A stretch of DNA of 52,062 nt, from the IMG/VR virus record IMGVR_UViG_2531839330_000009, one strand, 5' to 3'. Positions 18,623 through 28,089 of the stretch are shown one piece after another. A program made the translations under genes and the position numbers. A model generated the notes under the pieces. That model ran no database searches. It was not told where the DNA came from and saw only the letters and a list, made by a program, of their open reading frames with translations. This DNA is from a virus. Taxonomy: Duplodnaviria > Heunggongvirae > Uroviricota > Caudoviricetes. Position 1 is the first letter of the stretch, and every line of letters begins with the position of its first letter.

Positions 18623-20352
18623 GCCGGAAATCTTACCCCAACGTAAATGCTGCCAATCAGTATGCCCGTGATGTCGTGCGGGGAAAGATTGTGGCCTGCC
18701 AGTTTGTGATTCAGGCCTGCCAGCGCCATCTTGATGACCTGATGGCGGAAAAAAGTAAGTCGTTTCGTTACCGCTTCGACAAGGACCTGGCTGAACGGGC
18801 CGCCAAATTTATTCAGCTGTTGCCGCACACCAAGGGTGAGTGGGCATTTAAGAGGATGCCCATCACGCTGGAGCCGTGGCAGCTCTTTGTGATCTGCTGC
18901 GCGTTTGGCTGGGTCAATAAAGGCTCCCGGCTGCGCCGCTTCCGTGAGGTGTATACCGAAATCCCCCGTAAGAACGGCAAATCGGCAATCTCTGCCGGTG
19001 TCGCCCTGTATTGTTTTGCCTGTGATAACGAGTTTGGCGCGGAAGTGTATTCCGGTGCCACGACAGAGAAACAGGCGTGGGAAGTCTTTCGCCCGGCGCG
19101 ACTGATGTGTAAACGCACACCCATGCTGACGGAAGCGTTCGGGATTGAGGTTAACGCCTCAAACATGAACCGTCCGGAGGATGGCGCGCGGTTTGAACCG
19201 CTGATCGGTAACCCCGGTGATGGATCATCACCCCACTGTGCGGTGGTGGATGAATATCACGAGCACGCCACCGATGCGCTTTACACCACGATGCTTACCG
19301 GGATGGGGGCGCGACGTCAGCCACTGATGTGGGCCATTACTACTGCCGGGTACAACATTGAGGGGCCGTGCTACGACAAACGGCGGGAAGTTATCGAGAT
19401 GCTCAACGGTTCGGTACCCAACGATGAACTGTTCGGGATCATCTATACCGTTGACGAAGGTGACGACTGGACCAACCCACAGGTGCTGGAAAAAGCCAAC
19501 CCGAATATCGGGGTGTCGGTTTACCGTGAGTTTTTGTTAAGTCAGCAACAGCGTGCGAAAAATAACGCCCGTCTGGCAAACGTCTTTAAAACAAAACACC
19601 TCAATATCTGGGTGTCGGCGCGTTCGGCGTATTTCAACCTGGTGAGCTGGCAGAGCTGCGAGGATAAATCACTGACTCTTGAGCAATTCGAGGGGCAGCC
19701 GTGCATTCTGGCCTTTGACCTGGCGCGTAAACTGGATATGAACAGCATGGCGCGACTTTATACCCGCGAGATTGACGGTAAAACGCATTACTACAGTGTG
19801 GCTCCGCGCTTCTGGGTACCGTATGACACGGTGTACAGCGTCGAGAAAAATGAAGATCGCCGGACAGCCGAACGCTTTCAGAAATGGGTGGAAATGGGCG
19901 TTCTGACCGTTACCGATGGTGCGGAAGTGGATTATCGCTACATCCTCGAGGAGGCCAAAGCGGCGAACAAAATCAGCCCGGTCAGTGAGTCACCCATCGA
20001 CCCCTTCGGGGCGACCGGGTTGTCACATGACCTTGCTGATGAAGACCTGAATCCCGTCACTATCATTCAGAACTACACCAACATGTCCGACCCGATGAAA
20101 GAGCTGGAAGCGGCAATTGAATCGGGGCGCTTTCATCATGATGGCAATCCCATCATGACCTGGTGTATCGGCAATGTGGTCGGCAAAACCATTCCGGGTA
20201 ACGATGATGTGGTGAAACCCGTCAAAGAGCAGGCGGAAAACAAAATTGACGGTGCAGTTGCGCTGATTATGGCGGTTGGCAGAGCCATGCTGTACGAGAA
20301 AGAAGACACGCTGTCTGACCACATTGAGTCCTATGGGATCCGCTCGCTTTAA
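18619..20352 (+). CDS. terminase large subunit
   Basis: 577 aa; ATPase and nuclease regions (e.g. VVDEYHEH); canonical position. Confidence 0.9.
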
Positions 20353-20363
20353 CTGAGGTAATT

Positions 20364-20546
20364 ATGATCATGCTGATTCTCGCGCCTCTGGTGGGCGTGC
20401 TGGGGGCGCTTTTGCTGGCGTATGGTGCCTGGCTGATTTATCCCCCGGCGGGGTTTGTTGTTGCCGGGGCGTTGTGCCTGTTCTGGTCGTGGCTGGTGGC
20501 GCGATATCTCGACCGTACACAGTCGTCTGTCGGCGGAGGTAAATAG
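20364..20546 (+). CDS. small membrane protein, hypothetical
   Basis: 60 aa, two hydrophobic helices, GAGGT RBS; between terL and portal. Confidence 0.35.
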
Positions 20547-21787
20547 TGTTCTTTTCGGGATTATTTCAACGAAAAAGTGACGCACCGGTGACCACGCCAG
20601 CAGAGCTGGCGGATGCTATCGGGTTGTCCTACGACACCTATACCGGAAAGCAGATCAGCAGCCAGCGGGCCATGCGACTGACGGCGGTTTTTTCCTGCGT
20701 CAGGGTGCTGGCAGAGTCGGTCGGGATGTTGCCCTGCAATCTGTATCACCTGAACGGCAGCCTGAAACAGAGAGCCACCGGCGAGCGTCTGCATAAGCTG
20801 ATCTCCACGCATCCCAATGGCTATATGACGCCGCAGGAGTTCTGGGAGCTGGTGGTCACCTGTCTGTGCCTGCGGGGAAACTTTTACGCCTACAAAGTGA
20901 AAGCATTTGGCGAAGTGGCTGAACTGCTGCCCGTCGATCCCGGCTGTGTGGTACCGAAGCTTAACAGTAGCTGGGAGCCGGTCTATCAGGTCACATTCCC
21001 GGACGGCTCCACGGATGTACTGAGCCAGGAAGATATCTGGCATGTGCGCACGCTGACGCTGGACGGTCTGGTGGGGCTGAATCCCATCGCCTATGCCCGC
21101 GAGGCAATATCGCTGGCAGCTGCGACCGAAGAGCACGGGGCCAGACTGTTCAGCAATGGTGCGGTGACGTCCGGTGTGTTGCGTACATAGCAGACGCTGT
21201 CGGATCAGGCTTATGAGCGCCTGAAGAAAGATTTTGAGGAGCGTCACACCGGGCTTGGCAATGCTCACCGCCCGATGATCCTTGAGATGGGGCTGGACTG
21301 GAAGTCGATGGCGCTGAACGCCGAGGACAGCCAGTTCCTGGAAACCCGCAAGTTTCAGCTTGAAGAAATCTGTCGTCTGTTCCGGGTGCCGTTGCACATG
21401 GTGCAGAACACCGATCGCGCCACCTTCAACAATATCGAAGAGCTGGGGCTGGGATTTATCAACTATTCACTGGTGCCGTATCTGACCCGCATCGAACAGC
21501 GGATCAACACCGGACTGGTACGAAAAAGTAAGCAGGGCGTTTATTACGCCAAATTTAACGCCGGGGCGTTACTGCGCGGGGATATGAAGTCCCGTTTTGA
21601 AGCCTACGCCACCGGGATCAACTGGGGAATTTACTCTCCCAATGACTGCCGCGACCTGGAAGATATGAATCCGCGTCCCGGTGGTGATGTCTATCTCACA
21701 CCGATGAACATGACCACGAAACCCTCCGATGGCAGTAAAGCCGGTAAGCAGAAGGATAACGCCAATGCAGACGAAACAACGTCTTGA
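20546..21787 (+). pseudogene. portal protein (HK97 family) interrupted by a single in-frame TAG at 21188-21190 (or amber-suppressed)
   Basis: Track ORFs 20546-21190 and 21275-21787 share one frame; hand translation of 21191-21274 has no further stop; GTG start with GGAGG RBS. Confidence 0.65.
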
Positions 21788-22415
21788 TGTACCGCTGAGT
21801 CTGAAATCTGTCAGTGACTCCGGTGAGTTTGAAGGGTATGGCTCCGTCTTTGGTGTAAAGGACAGCCACGATGATGTGGTGATGTCCGGGGCATTTGCTG
21901 CTTCCCTGCGGGCGTGGAGTGACAGAAAAGCGTTACCTGCGCTGCTCTGGCAGCACCGCATGGATGAACCCATCGGTGTTTACACCGAAATGAAGGAAGA
22001 CGATGTCGGGCTTTACGTCAGGGGACGGTTGCTTATTGATGATGATCCCCTCGCAAAACGCGCACATGCACACATGAAGGCCGGTTCGTTAACCGGCCTT
22101 TCTATTGGGTACGTCCTGAAAGACTGGGAATACGACCGGAGCAAAGAAGCCTTTCTGCTGAAAGAAATCGACCTCTGGGAAGTCAGCCTGGTGACGTTCC
22201 CGTCTAACGACGAGGCGCGGATCAGCGACGTCAAGAACGCACTGGCCCGCGGGGAAATCCCCGAACAGAAAAAAATCGAAAGAGTCCTGCGTGATGTCGG
22301 ACTCTCCCGTACCCAGGCCAAAGCATTCATGGCCGGGGGCTATGGCGCACTGTCCCTGCGCGACGCTGAGGATGTGGGCTCTGCACTGAATGCACTGAAA
22401 AATCTGAACTTCTAA
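21765..22415 (+). CDS. prohead maturation protease (HK97 family)
   Basis: Internal ATG with AAGGA RBS overlapping portal end; portal-protease-capsid order. Confidence 0.7.
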   Translation: MQTKQRLDVPLSLKSVSDSGEFEGYGSVFGVKDSHDDVVMSGAFAASLRAWSDRKALPALLWQHRMDEPIGVYTEMKEDDVGLYVRGRLLIDDDPLAKRAHAHMKAGSLTGLSIGYVLKDWEYDRSKEAFLLKEIDLWEVSLVTFPSNDEARISDVKNALARGEIPEQKKIERVLRDVGLSRTQAKAFMAGGYGALSLRDAEDVGSALNALKNLNF

Positions 22416-22429
22416 TCAGGAGAAATACG

Positions 22430-23635
22430 ATGGCGGTTGATATTAAAGATGTCGAACAGGTCGCGCAGGAGCTGCAGCAGAAGTTTGACGACTTCAAAGC
22501 AAAGAACGACAAGCGCGTGGATGCGATTGAGCAGGAAAAAGGCAAGCTTGCCGGGCAGGTGGAAACCCTGAACGGGAAACTCAGCGAGCTGGAAAATCTC
22601 AAAAGCGACCTTGAAAAAGAGCTGCTTGAGCTGAAACGTCCGGCAGGTGGAGCGCAAAATAAACTGGCCACCGAGCATAAAGAGGCGTTTGTGGGCTTCC
22701 TGCGTAAAGGCCGTGAAGACGGTCTGCGCGATCTGGAGCGTAAGGCATTGCAGGTGGGTACCGATGAAGACGGTGGCTACGCCGTGCCGGAAGAACTGGA
22801 TCGCAACATTCTTAACCTGCTGAAAGATGAAGTGGTGATGCGTCAGGAAGCCACGGTGATCACCGTTGGCGGTTCCGACTACAAAAAACTGGTGAATCTG
22901 GGCGGTACGGCTTCCGGATGGGTGGGGGAAACGGATACGCGATCCCAGACTGCCACCTCCAGACTGGAGCTGATTGAACCTCTCATGGGGGAAATCTACG
23001 GCAACCCGCAGGCTACCCAGAAAATGCTGGACGATGCCTTCTTCAACGTGGAGGCCTGGATCAACAGCGAGCTGGCAACCGAATTTGCCGAACAGGAAGA
23101 AATTGCCTTTACCTCAGGCAATGGCACCAAGAAGCCGAAAGGGTTCCTGGCGTATGAATCCACGGATGAAACCGACAAGGTCCGGGCGTTCGGCAAACTT
23201 CAGCATATTGTATCCGGCGAAGCGACCGCGGTGACCGCAGACGCCATTATCAAACTGATTTACACGCTGCGTAAGGCACACCGCACTGGCGCGAAGTTCA
23301 TGATGAACAACAACAGCCTGTTTGCCATACGTCTGCTGAAAGACACCGAGGGTAACTATCTGTGGCGTCCGGGGCTGGAACTGGGGCAGCCGTCCTCTCT
23401 GGCGGGTTACGGTATCGCTGAAAACGAACAGATGCCGGATATCGCCGCTGATGCGAAAGCCATTGCATTTGGTAACTTCAAACGGGGTTACACCATCGTT
23501 GACCGTATCGGCACCCGCATTCTGCGTGACCCGTACACCAATAAACCGTTTGTCGGTTTTTATACCACCAAGCGCACCGGCGGGATGCTGGTCGATTCGC
23601 AGGCCATCAAACTGCTGAAGATTGCAGCGGCGTAA
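22430..23635 (+). CDS. major capsid protein (HK97 fold, with N-terminal delta/scaffold domain)
   Basis: 401 aa; coiled-coil N-terminus then capsid domain; AGGAG RBS. Confidence 0.85.
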   Translation: MAVDIKDVEQVAQELQQKFDDFKAKNDKRVDAIEQEKGKLAGQVETLNGKLSELENLKSDLEKELLELKRPAGGAQNKLATEHKEAFVGFLRKGREDGLRDLERKALQVGTDEDGGYAVPEELDRNILNLLKDEVVMRQEATVITVGGSDYKKLVNLGGTASGWVGETDTRSQTATSRLELIEPLMGEIYGNPQATQKMLDDAFFNVEAWINSELATEFAEQEEIAFTSGNGTKKPKGFLAYESTDETDKVRAFGKLQHIVSGEATAVTADAIIKLIYTLRKAHRTGAKFMMNNNSLFAIRLLKDTEGNYLWRPGLELGQPSSLAGYGIAENEQMPDIAADAKAIAFGNFKRGYTIVDRIGTRILRDPYTNKPFVGFYTTKRTGGMLVDSQAIKLLKIAAA

Positions 23636-23684
23636 TCACTCAGGGGCGCGGAACCGCGCCCCCTGTTCTGACGGGTGAAGAATC

Positions 23685-23885
23685 ATGATCCTGAAACAAG
23701 ATCTGAAATGGTCACCGGACGGTATGCGTGTTGAGGTCATTCGGGCCGGTGAGTATGACGACGGGGCGCTTCCTGCCCGGGTGCAGGAGATTGCACTTCA
23801 GGCCGGGTTAGCAGAGCGCGGAATCAGTGCAAAAAGCAGTAAAGCGGCAAAAGAGAAAAAAGCCACGACCAGTAAAGAGGGCTGA
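23685..23885 (+). CDS. hypothetical small head protein
   Basis: 66-aa ORF between capsid and connector genes. Confidence 0.3.
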   Translation: MILKQDLKWSPDGMRVEVIRAGEYDDGALPARVQEIALQAGLAERGISAKSSKAAKEKKATTSKEG

Positions 23886-23887
23886 GT

Positions 23888-24211
23888 ATGCTTCTGACAA
23901 TGGAAGAGATTAAAGCCCAACTCCGGCTGGATGAGGATTTCGATGCTGATGACCGCCATCTGCAACTGCTGGCCTGTGCGGCACAAAAGCGGACGGAAAC
24001 GTATCTGAACCGGAAGCTCTATGCACCGGATGAAACCATTCCGGACAGCGATCCGGACGGGCTGCACCTGCCGGATGATATTCGTCTGGGGATGCTGATG
24101 CTTATCAGCCATTTTTACGAAAACCGCTCGTCGGTTACGGAAGTGGAGAAACTCGACATGCCGCAGAGTTTTGGCTGGCTTGTCGGCCCGTACAGGTACT
24201 TTCCGCAATGA
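23888..24211 (+). CDS. head-tail connector (gp6-like adaptor)
   Basis: 107 aa; position and size. Confidence 0.45.
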   Translation: MLLTMEEIKAQLRLDEDFDADDRHLQLLACAAQKRTETYLNRKLYAPDETIPDSDPDGLHLPDDIRLGMLMLISHFYENRSSVTEVEKLDMPQSFGWLVGPYRYFPQ

Positions 24212-24618
24212 AAATTCGTCAGGCGCAGACCAGCGCAACCTACATTCTGCCGGACCCCGGTGAACTGAATAAACGCGTCCTGATCCGCCAGCGGGTGGAT
24301 ATGCCCGCGGATAACTTTGGCGTGGAGCCTCAATACCCGGTTACGTTCCGGACATGGGCGAAGGTTATCCAGACCAGTGCCACCACCTGGCAGGAAACCG
24401 CGCAGACCGGGGACGCCATCACCCATTACATCACCATTCGTTACCGCCGGGGGATCACTGCTGATTATGAGGTGGTCTGTGATGACAGTGTGTACCGGGT
24501 GAAACGTCAGCGTGATCTGAACGGGGCGCGGCGCTTTCTGCTGCTGGAGTGTACGGAGCTGGGCGAATGTAGGCAGAGTCACGGAGGCAGCAATGGCGAC
24601 TCCCTTTTTTCACGTTGA
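24208..24618 (+). CDS. head closure / head-tail joining protein
   Basis: 136 aa; ATGA-coupled to upstream gene. Confidence 0.45.
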   Translation: MKIRQAQTSATYILPDPGELNKRVLIRQRVDMPADNFGVEPQYPVTFRTWAKVIQTSATTWQETAQTGDAITHYITIRYRRGITADYEVVCDDSVYRVKRQRDLNGARRFLLLECTELGECRQSHGGSNGDSLFSR

Positions 24619-25099
24619 TGTTCAGCAGCCCGCCGAGATGCGCTTTAACCGCGCCCGTGTCCGGAGGGCGTTTGTCACGATTGGGCAGCGTCATATGCGT
24701 GATGCCCGTCGGCTGGTGATGCGCCGTGCGCGGTCGGCACCGGGTGAAAACCCCGGTTATCAGACCGGACGCCTGGCTCGTTCGATTGGTTATATGGTGC
24801 CGAGAGCCAGTAAAAAGCGAGCCGGTTTTATGACACGCATTGCCCCTAACCAGCGCAACGGGAAGGGGAACCGGATGATCTCTGGTGACTTCTATCCGGC
24901 GTTTCTGTTTTTTGGTGTCCGGGGAGGAGCAAAACGTCGTCGTAGTCATCATCGTGGTGCATCCGGTGGCAGCGGCTGGCGACTGGCTCCACGTAATAAC
25001 TTCATGGTGGAAACTCTTGAAAAGAACCGCAGCTGGACACGCTATTTTCTGGCGCGGGAATTGCGTAAATCACTGAAGCCGGAGAGACGACACAGATGA
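24593..25099 (+). CDS. neck/tail-completion protein (HK97 gp10-like)
   Basis: 168 aa; position in head-tail joining block. Confidence 0.4.
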   Translation: MATPFFHVDVQQPAEMRFNRARVRRAFVTIGQRHMRDARRLVMRRARSAPGENPGYQTGRLARSIGYMVPRASKKRAGFMTRIAPNQRNGKGNRMISGDFYPAFLFFGVRGGAKRRRSHHRGASGGSGWRLAPRNNFMVETLEKNRSWTRYFLARELRKSLKPERRHR

Positions 25100-25656
25100 A
25101 ACTGACGCCTGTTATTGCTGCGCTGCGTGCCCGCTGCCCGTATTTTGAAAACCGGGTGGCAGGCGCGGCACAGTTCAAAAATCTGCCGGAGGTCGGAAAG
25201 CTGAGACTCCCGGCGGCGTATGTGGTACCGGGTGATGACTCTCCGGGAGAAAACAAAAGCCAGACCGACTACTGGCAGGAGCTGAAAGAGGGCTTCTCCG
25301 TGGTTGTCATACTGAGTAACGGGCGTGATGAGCGCGGTCAGTTTGCCTCGTATGATGTGGTGGACGATGTCCGGCAGATGCTCTTTAAGGCCCTGCTGGG
25401 CTGGAACCCGGAAGCGTGCGGTAACCCGATTACCTATGACGGCGGCACGCTGCTGGATCTGAATCGTCATGAGCTGATTTATCAGTTCGATTTTTCGGTC
25501 ATCAGCGAGCTGACTGAAGACGATACCCGCCAGCAGGATGATCTGAACAGTCTGGATGAACTGCAAACGCTGGCGATTGATGTTGATTATCTCGAGCCCG
25601 GTAACGGGCCTGACGGCGATATCGAACATCACACCGAAATAACCCTTCCTTCCTGA
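25096..25656 (+). CDS. tail-associated hypothetical protein
   Basis: 186 aa; ATGA overlap with upstream gene. Confidence 0.35.
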   Translation: MKLTPVIAALRARCPYFENRVAGAAQFKNLPEVGKLRLPAAYVVPGDDSPGENKSQTDYWQELKEGFSVVVILSNGRDERGQFASYDVVDDVRQMLFKALLGWNPEACGNPITYDGGTLLDLNRHELIYQFDFSVISELTEDDTRQQDDLNSLDELQTLAIDVDYLEPGNGPDGDIEHHTEITLPS

Positions 25657-25664
25657 GAATCTTC

Positions 25665-25835
25665 ATGTTTGTGAAACCTGTTAAAGGGCGGTCAGTGCCT
25701 GACCCTGCCCGCGGTGACCTTTTGCCCGTCGAAGGGCGAAATGTTGACGAGAACAACTACTGGCTGCGCCGTGAAGCAGCGGGTGATATCCGGCGCGTGA
25801 ATAAAAAGGTGAACACCGATGACGATAAGCTTTAA
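25665..25835 (+). CDS. small protein preceding tail sheath (DUF2635-like)
   Basis: Hand-translated 56-aa ORF MFVKPVKGRSVPDPARGDLLPVEGRNVDENNYWLRREAAG..., overlaps sheath start. Confidence 0.35.
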   Translation: MFVKPVKGRSVPDPARGDLLPVEGRNVDENNYWLRREAAGDIRRVNKKVNTDDDKL

Positions 25836-27315
25836 CACCATTCCGTCGAATACGCTGGTTCCGCTGTTTTATGCGGAAATGGATAACCAGGCGGCGAATA
25901 CTGCACAGGACAGCGGAGCATCGCTGCTGATTGGTCATGCCAATAACGGTGCAGAGATTGTTGCCAACAGTCTGGTACTGATGTCGTCGGCAGACTATGC
26001 ACGCCAGATTTGTGGTGCGGGAAGTCAGCTGGCGCGTATGGTCGAGGCTTATCGCCAGACTGACCCGTTTGGCGAGCTGTATGTGATTGCCGTTCCTGAA
26101 TCCACAGGCGCGGCGGCAACGGTTACGCTGACGGTGACCGGGGCGGCAACCGAAACCGGCACGGTGAATGTGTATGTGGGACGTACCCGCGTGCAGGCAC
26201 CGGTGACTAACGGCGATAACGTCACGATGATTGCCAGCAGTATCCAGGATGCCATCAATGCCGTTCCGACCCTGCCGTTTACGGCTTCATCTTCGGCAGG
26301 CGTGGTCACACTGACCGCGCGTCATAAGGGGCTTTGCGGGAATGAAATTCCTGTCAGCCTCAATTACTACGGCTTTGGTGGGGGCGAAGTGCTGCCAGCG
26401 GGCGTACAGATTGCCGTGGCGACGGGTACCGCCGGAACGGGTGCTCCGGTTCTCACCGGCGCGGTGGCTGCAATGGCGGATGAGCCGTTTGATTATATCG
26501 GCCTGCCGTTCAACGACACGGCCTCCGTTAACACGCTGGTGACCGAGATGAACGATACCAGCGGTCGCTGGAGCTATGCGCGTCAGCTGTACGGTCATGT
26601 GTATACGGCAAAGATCGGCACGCTGTCAGAACTGGTGACCGCTGGTGACCAGTTTAACCAGCAGCACATTACCCTGGCGGGGTACGAAAAAGAGACCCAG
26701 ACGCCTGCCGACGAGCTGGCGGCAAGCCGTACCGCCCGCGCAGCGGTGTTTATCCGCAACGATCCGGCACGTCCCACGCAGACCGGTGAGCTGGTGGGTA
26801 TGCTGCCTGCGCCGAAGGGGAAACGGTTCACGATGACCGAGCAGCAGACCCTGTTGTCTCATGGCGTGGCAACGGCGTATGTCGAAAGCGGGGTGCTGCG
26901 CATTCAGCGTGATGTCACCACGTACAGGAAAAATTCTTACGGGGTTGCGGATAACAGCTACCTCGACAGCGAGACGCTGCATACCAGTGCGTATGTACTG
27001 CGCAAACTGAAATCCGTCATTACCAGTAAGTACGGGCGTCACAAGCTTGCCAGCGACGGTACCCGCTTTGGTCCCGGTCAGGCGATTGTCACCCCGGCGG
27101 TAATCAAAGGGGAACTGCTGGCAACCTACCGTCAGCTTGAGCGTGCGGGGATCGTGGAAAACTACGAACTGTTTAAGCAGTACCTGGTTGTGGAGCGTGA
27201 TGCCAGCGATCCGAACCGCCTGAACACGCTGTTCCCGCCTGACTATGTTAACCAGTTGCGTGTTTTTGCCGTGGTTAACCAGTTCCGTCTTCAGTATTCA
27301 GAGGAGTCTGCATAA
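25819..27315 (+). CDS. contractile tail sheath protein
   Basis: 498 aa; precedes tube/chaperone/tape-measure genes. Confidence 0.8.
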   Translation: MTISFNTIPSNTLVPLFYAEMDNQAANTAQDSGASLLIGHANNGAEIVANSLVLMSSADYARQICGAGSQLARMVEAYRQTDPFGELYVIAVPESTGAAATVTLTVTGAATETGTVNVYVGRTRVQAPVTNGDNVTMIASSIQDAINAVPTLPFTASSSAGVVTLTARHKGLCGNEIPVSLNYYGFGGGEVLPAGVQIAVATGTAGTGAPVLTGAVAAMADEPFDYIGLPFNDTASVNTLVTEMNDTSGRWSYARQLYGHVYTAKIGTLSELVTAGDQFNQQHITLAGYEKETQTPADELAASRTARAAVFIRNDPARPTQTGELVGMLPAPKGKRFTMTEQQTLLSHGVATAYVESGVLRIQRDVTTYRKNSYGVADNSYLDSETLHTSAYVLRKLKSVITSKYGRHKLASDGTRFGPGQAIVTPAVIKGELLATYRQLERAGIVENYELFKQYLVVERDASDPNRLNTLFPPDYVNQLRVFAVVNQFRLQYSEESA

Positions 27316-27671
27316 TGGCCCGTATCGGGGGAACCTGTTATTTCAAAATTGACGGTCAGCAGCTATCGCTGACCGGCGGCATTGAGGTGCCCATGAACAG
27401 GACGGTCAATGATGACATCATCGGCCTGGACGGTTCAGTGGACCGCAAGGAAACTCACCGTGCGCCTTATGTCAAAGGGACCTTCAAGGTGCCGAAGAAT
27501 TTTCCGGTGAGCAAAATCACCTCGTCTGATGAGATGACCATCACTGCTGAGCTGGCGAACGGTCAGGTCTATGTATTGTCGTCAGCCTGGCTGCACGGCG
27601 AAGCGAACCATAATGCCGAAGAAGGCACGGTTGATCTTGAGTTCCACGGTGAAGAAGGGGATTACCAGTAA
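27315..27671 (+). CDS. tail tube protein
   Basis: 118 aa; ATGx overlap with sheath. Confidence 0.65.
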   Translation: MARIGGTCYFKIDGQQLSLTGGIEVPMNRTVNDDIIGLDGSVDRKETHRAPYVKGTFKVPKNFPVSKITSSDEMTITAELANGQVYVLSSAWLHGEANHNAEEGTVDLEFHGEEGDYQ

Positions 27672-27940
27672 TGAAAGAGCTTGAGTTAAAGAAACCGATT
27701 ACCGCTCATGGCGAGACACTCTCCGTACTGGAGTTTGATGAGCCCACCGGGAAAGATGTCCGCGAGCTGGGGTATCCCTACCAGATGAATCAGGATGAGT
27801 CCGTCAGACTTCTGGCGCATGTTGTATCGAAATACATTGTGCGGCTGGCGAAAGTGCCGCAAAGCTCTGTCGACCAGATGTCTCCGGCAGACCTGAATGC
27901 AGCGGCGTGGCTTGTGGCTGGGTTTTTCCTCCAGGCCTGA
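27671..27940 (+). CDS. tail assembly chaperone
   Basis: 89 aa directly upstream of tape measure. Confidence 0.55.
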   Translation: MKELELKKPITAHGETLSVLEFDEPTGKDVRELGYPYQMNQDESVRLLAHVVSKYIVRLAKVPQSSVDQMSPADLNAAAWLVAGFFLQA

Positions 27941-28089
27941 CGGCTGAATACCTCACTGATCGCTTCTTTGACTGCGCCAGCTACTGGCGCATTAATCCCT
28001 TCGAATTGCTGAATATGCCGATCAGTGAAATTCCCTTGCTGGTCAGTCAGGCAAACAGGATAGAGCAGGAGAAACGCACACATGGCTGA
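27907..28089 (+). CDS. -1 frame extension of tail assembly chaperone (putative programmed frameshift product)
   Basis: ORF in -1 frame overlapping chaperone 3' end and tape-measure start; T-rich slip site GGGTTTTTC at 27920-27928. Confidence 0.35.
   Translation: MACGWVFPPGLTAEYLTDRFFDCASYWRINPFELLNMPISEIPLLVSQANRIEQEKRTHG

Noticed and set aside
21188-21190. Treating the portal amber codon as definite evidence of a defective prophage
   Set aside because: A single-base sequencing error or suppressor-dependent expression cannot be excluded from sequence alone; reported as a finding with that caveat.
20561-21397. 278-aa minus-strand ORF across the portal gene
   Set aside because: Antisense to the portal frame; it spans the amber site but has no RBS and a His/Gln/Arg-rich composition. 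The portal frame is supported by gene order and coupling to neighbours.
24455-25632. Minus-strand ORFs 24455-24952 and 25042-25632 in the head-tail joining region
   Set aside because: Shadow ORFs antisense to a tightly coupled plus-strand operon.
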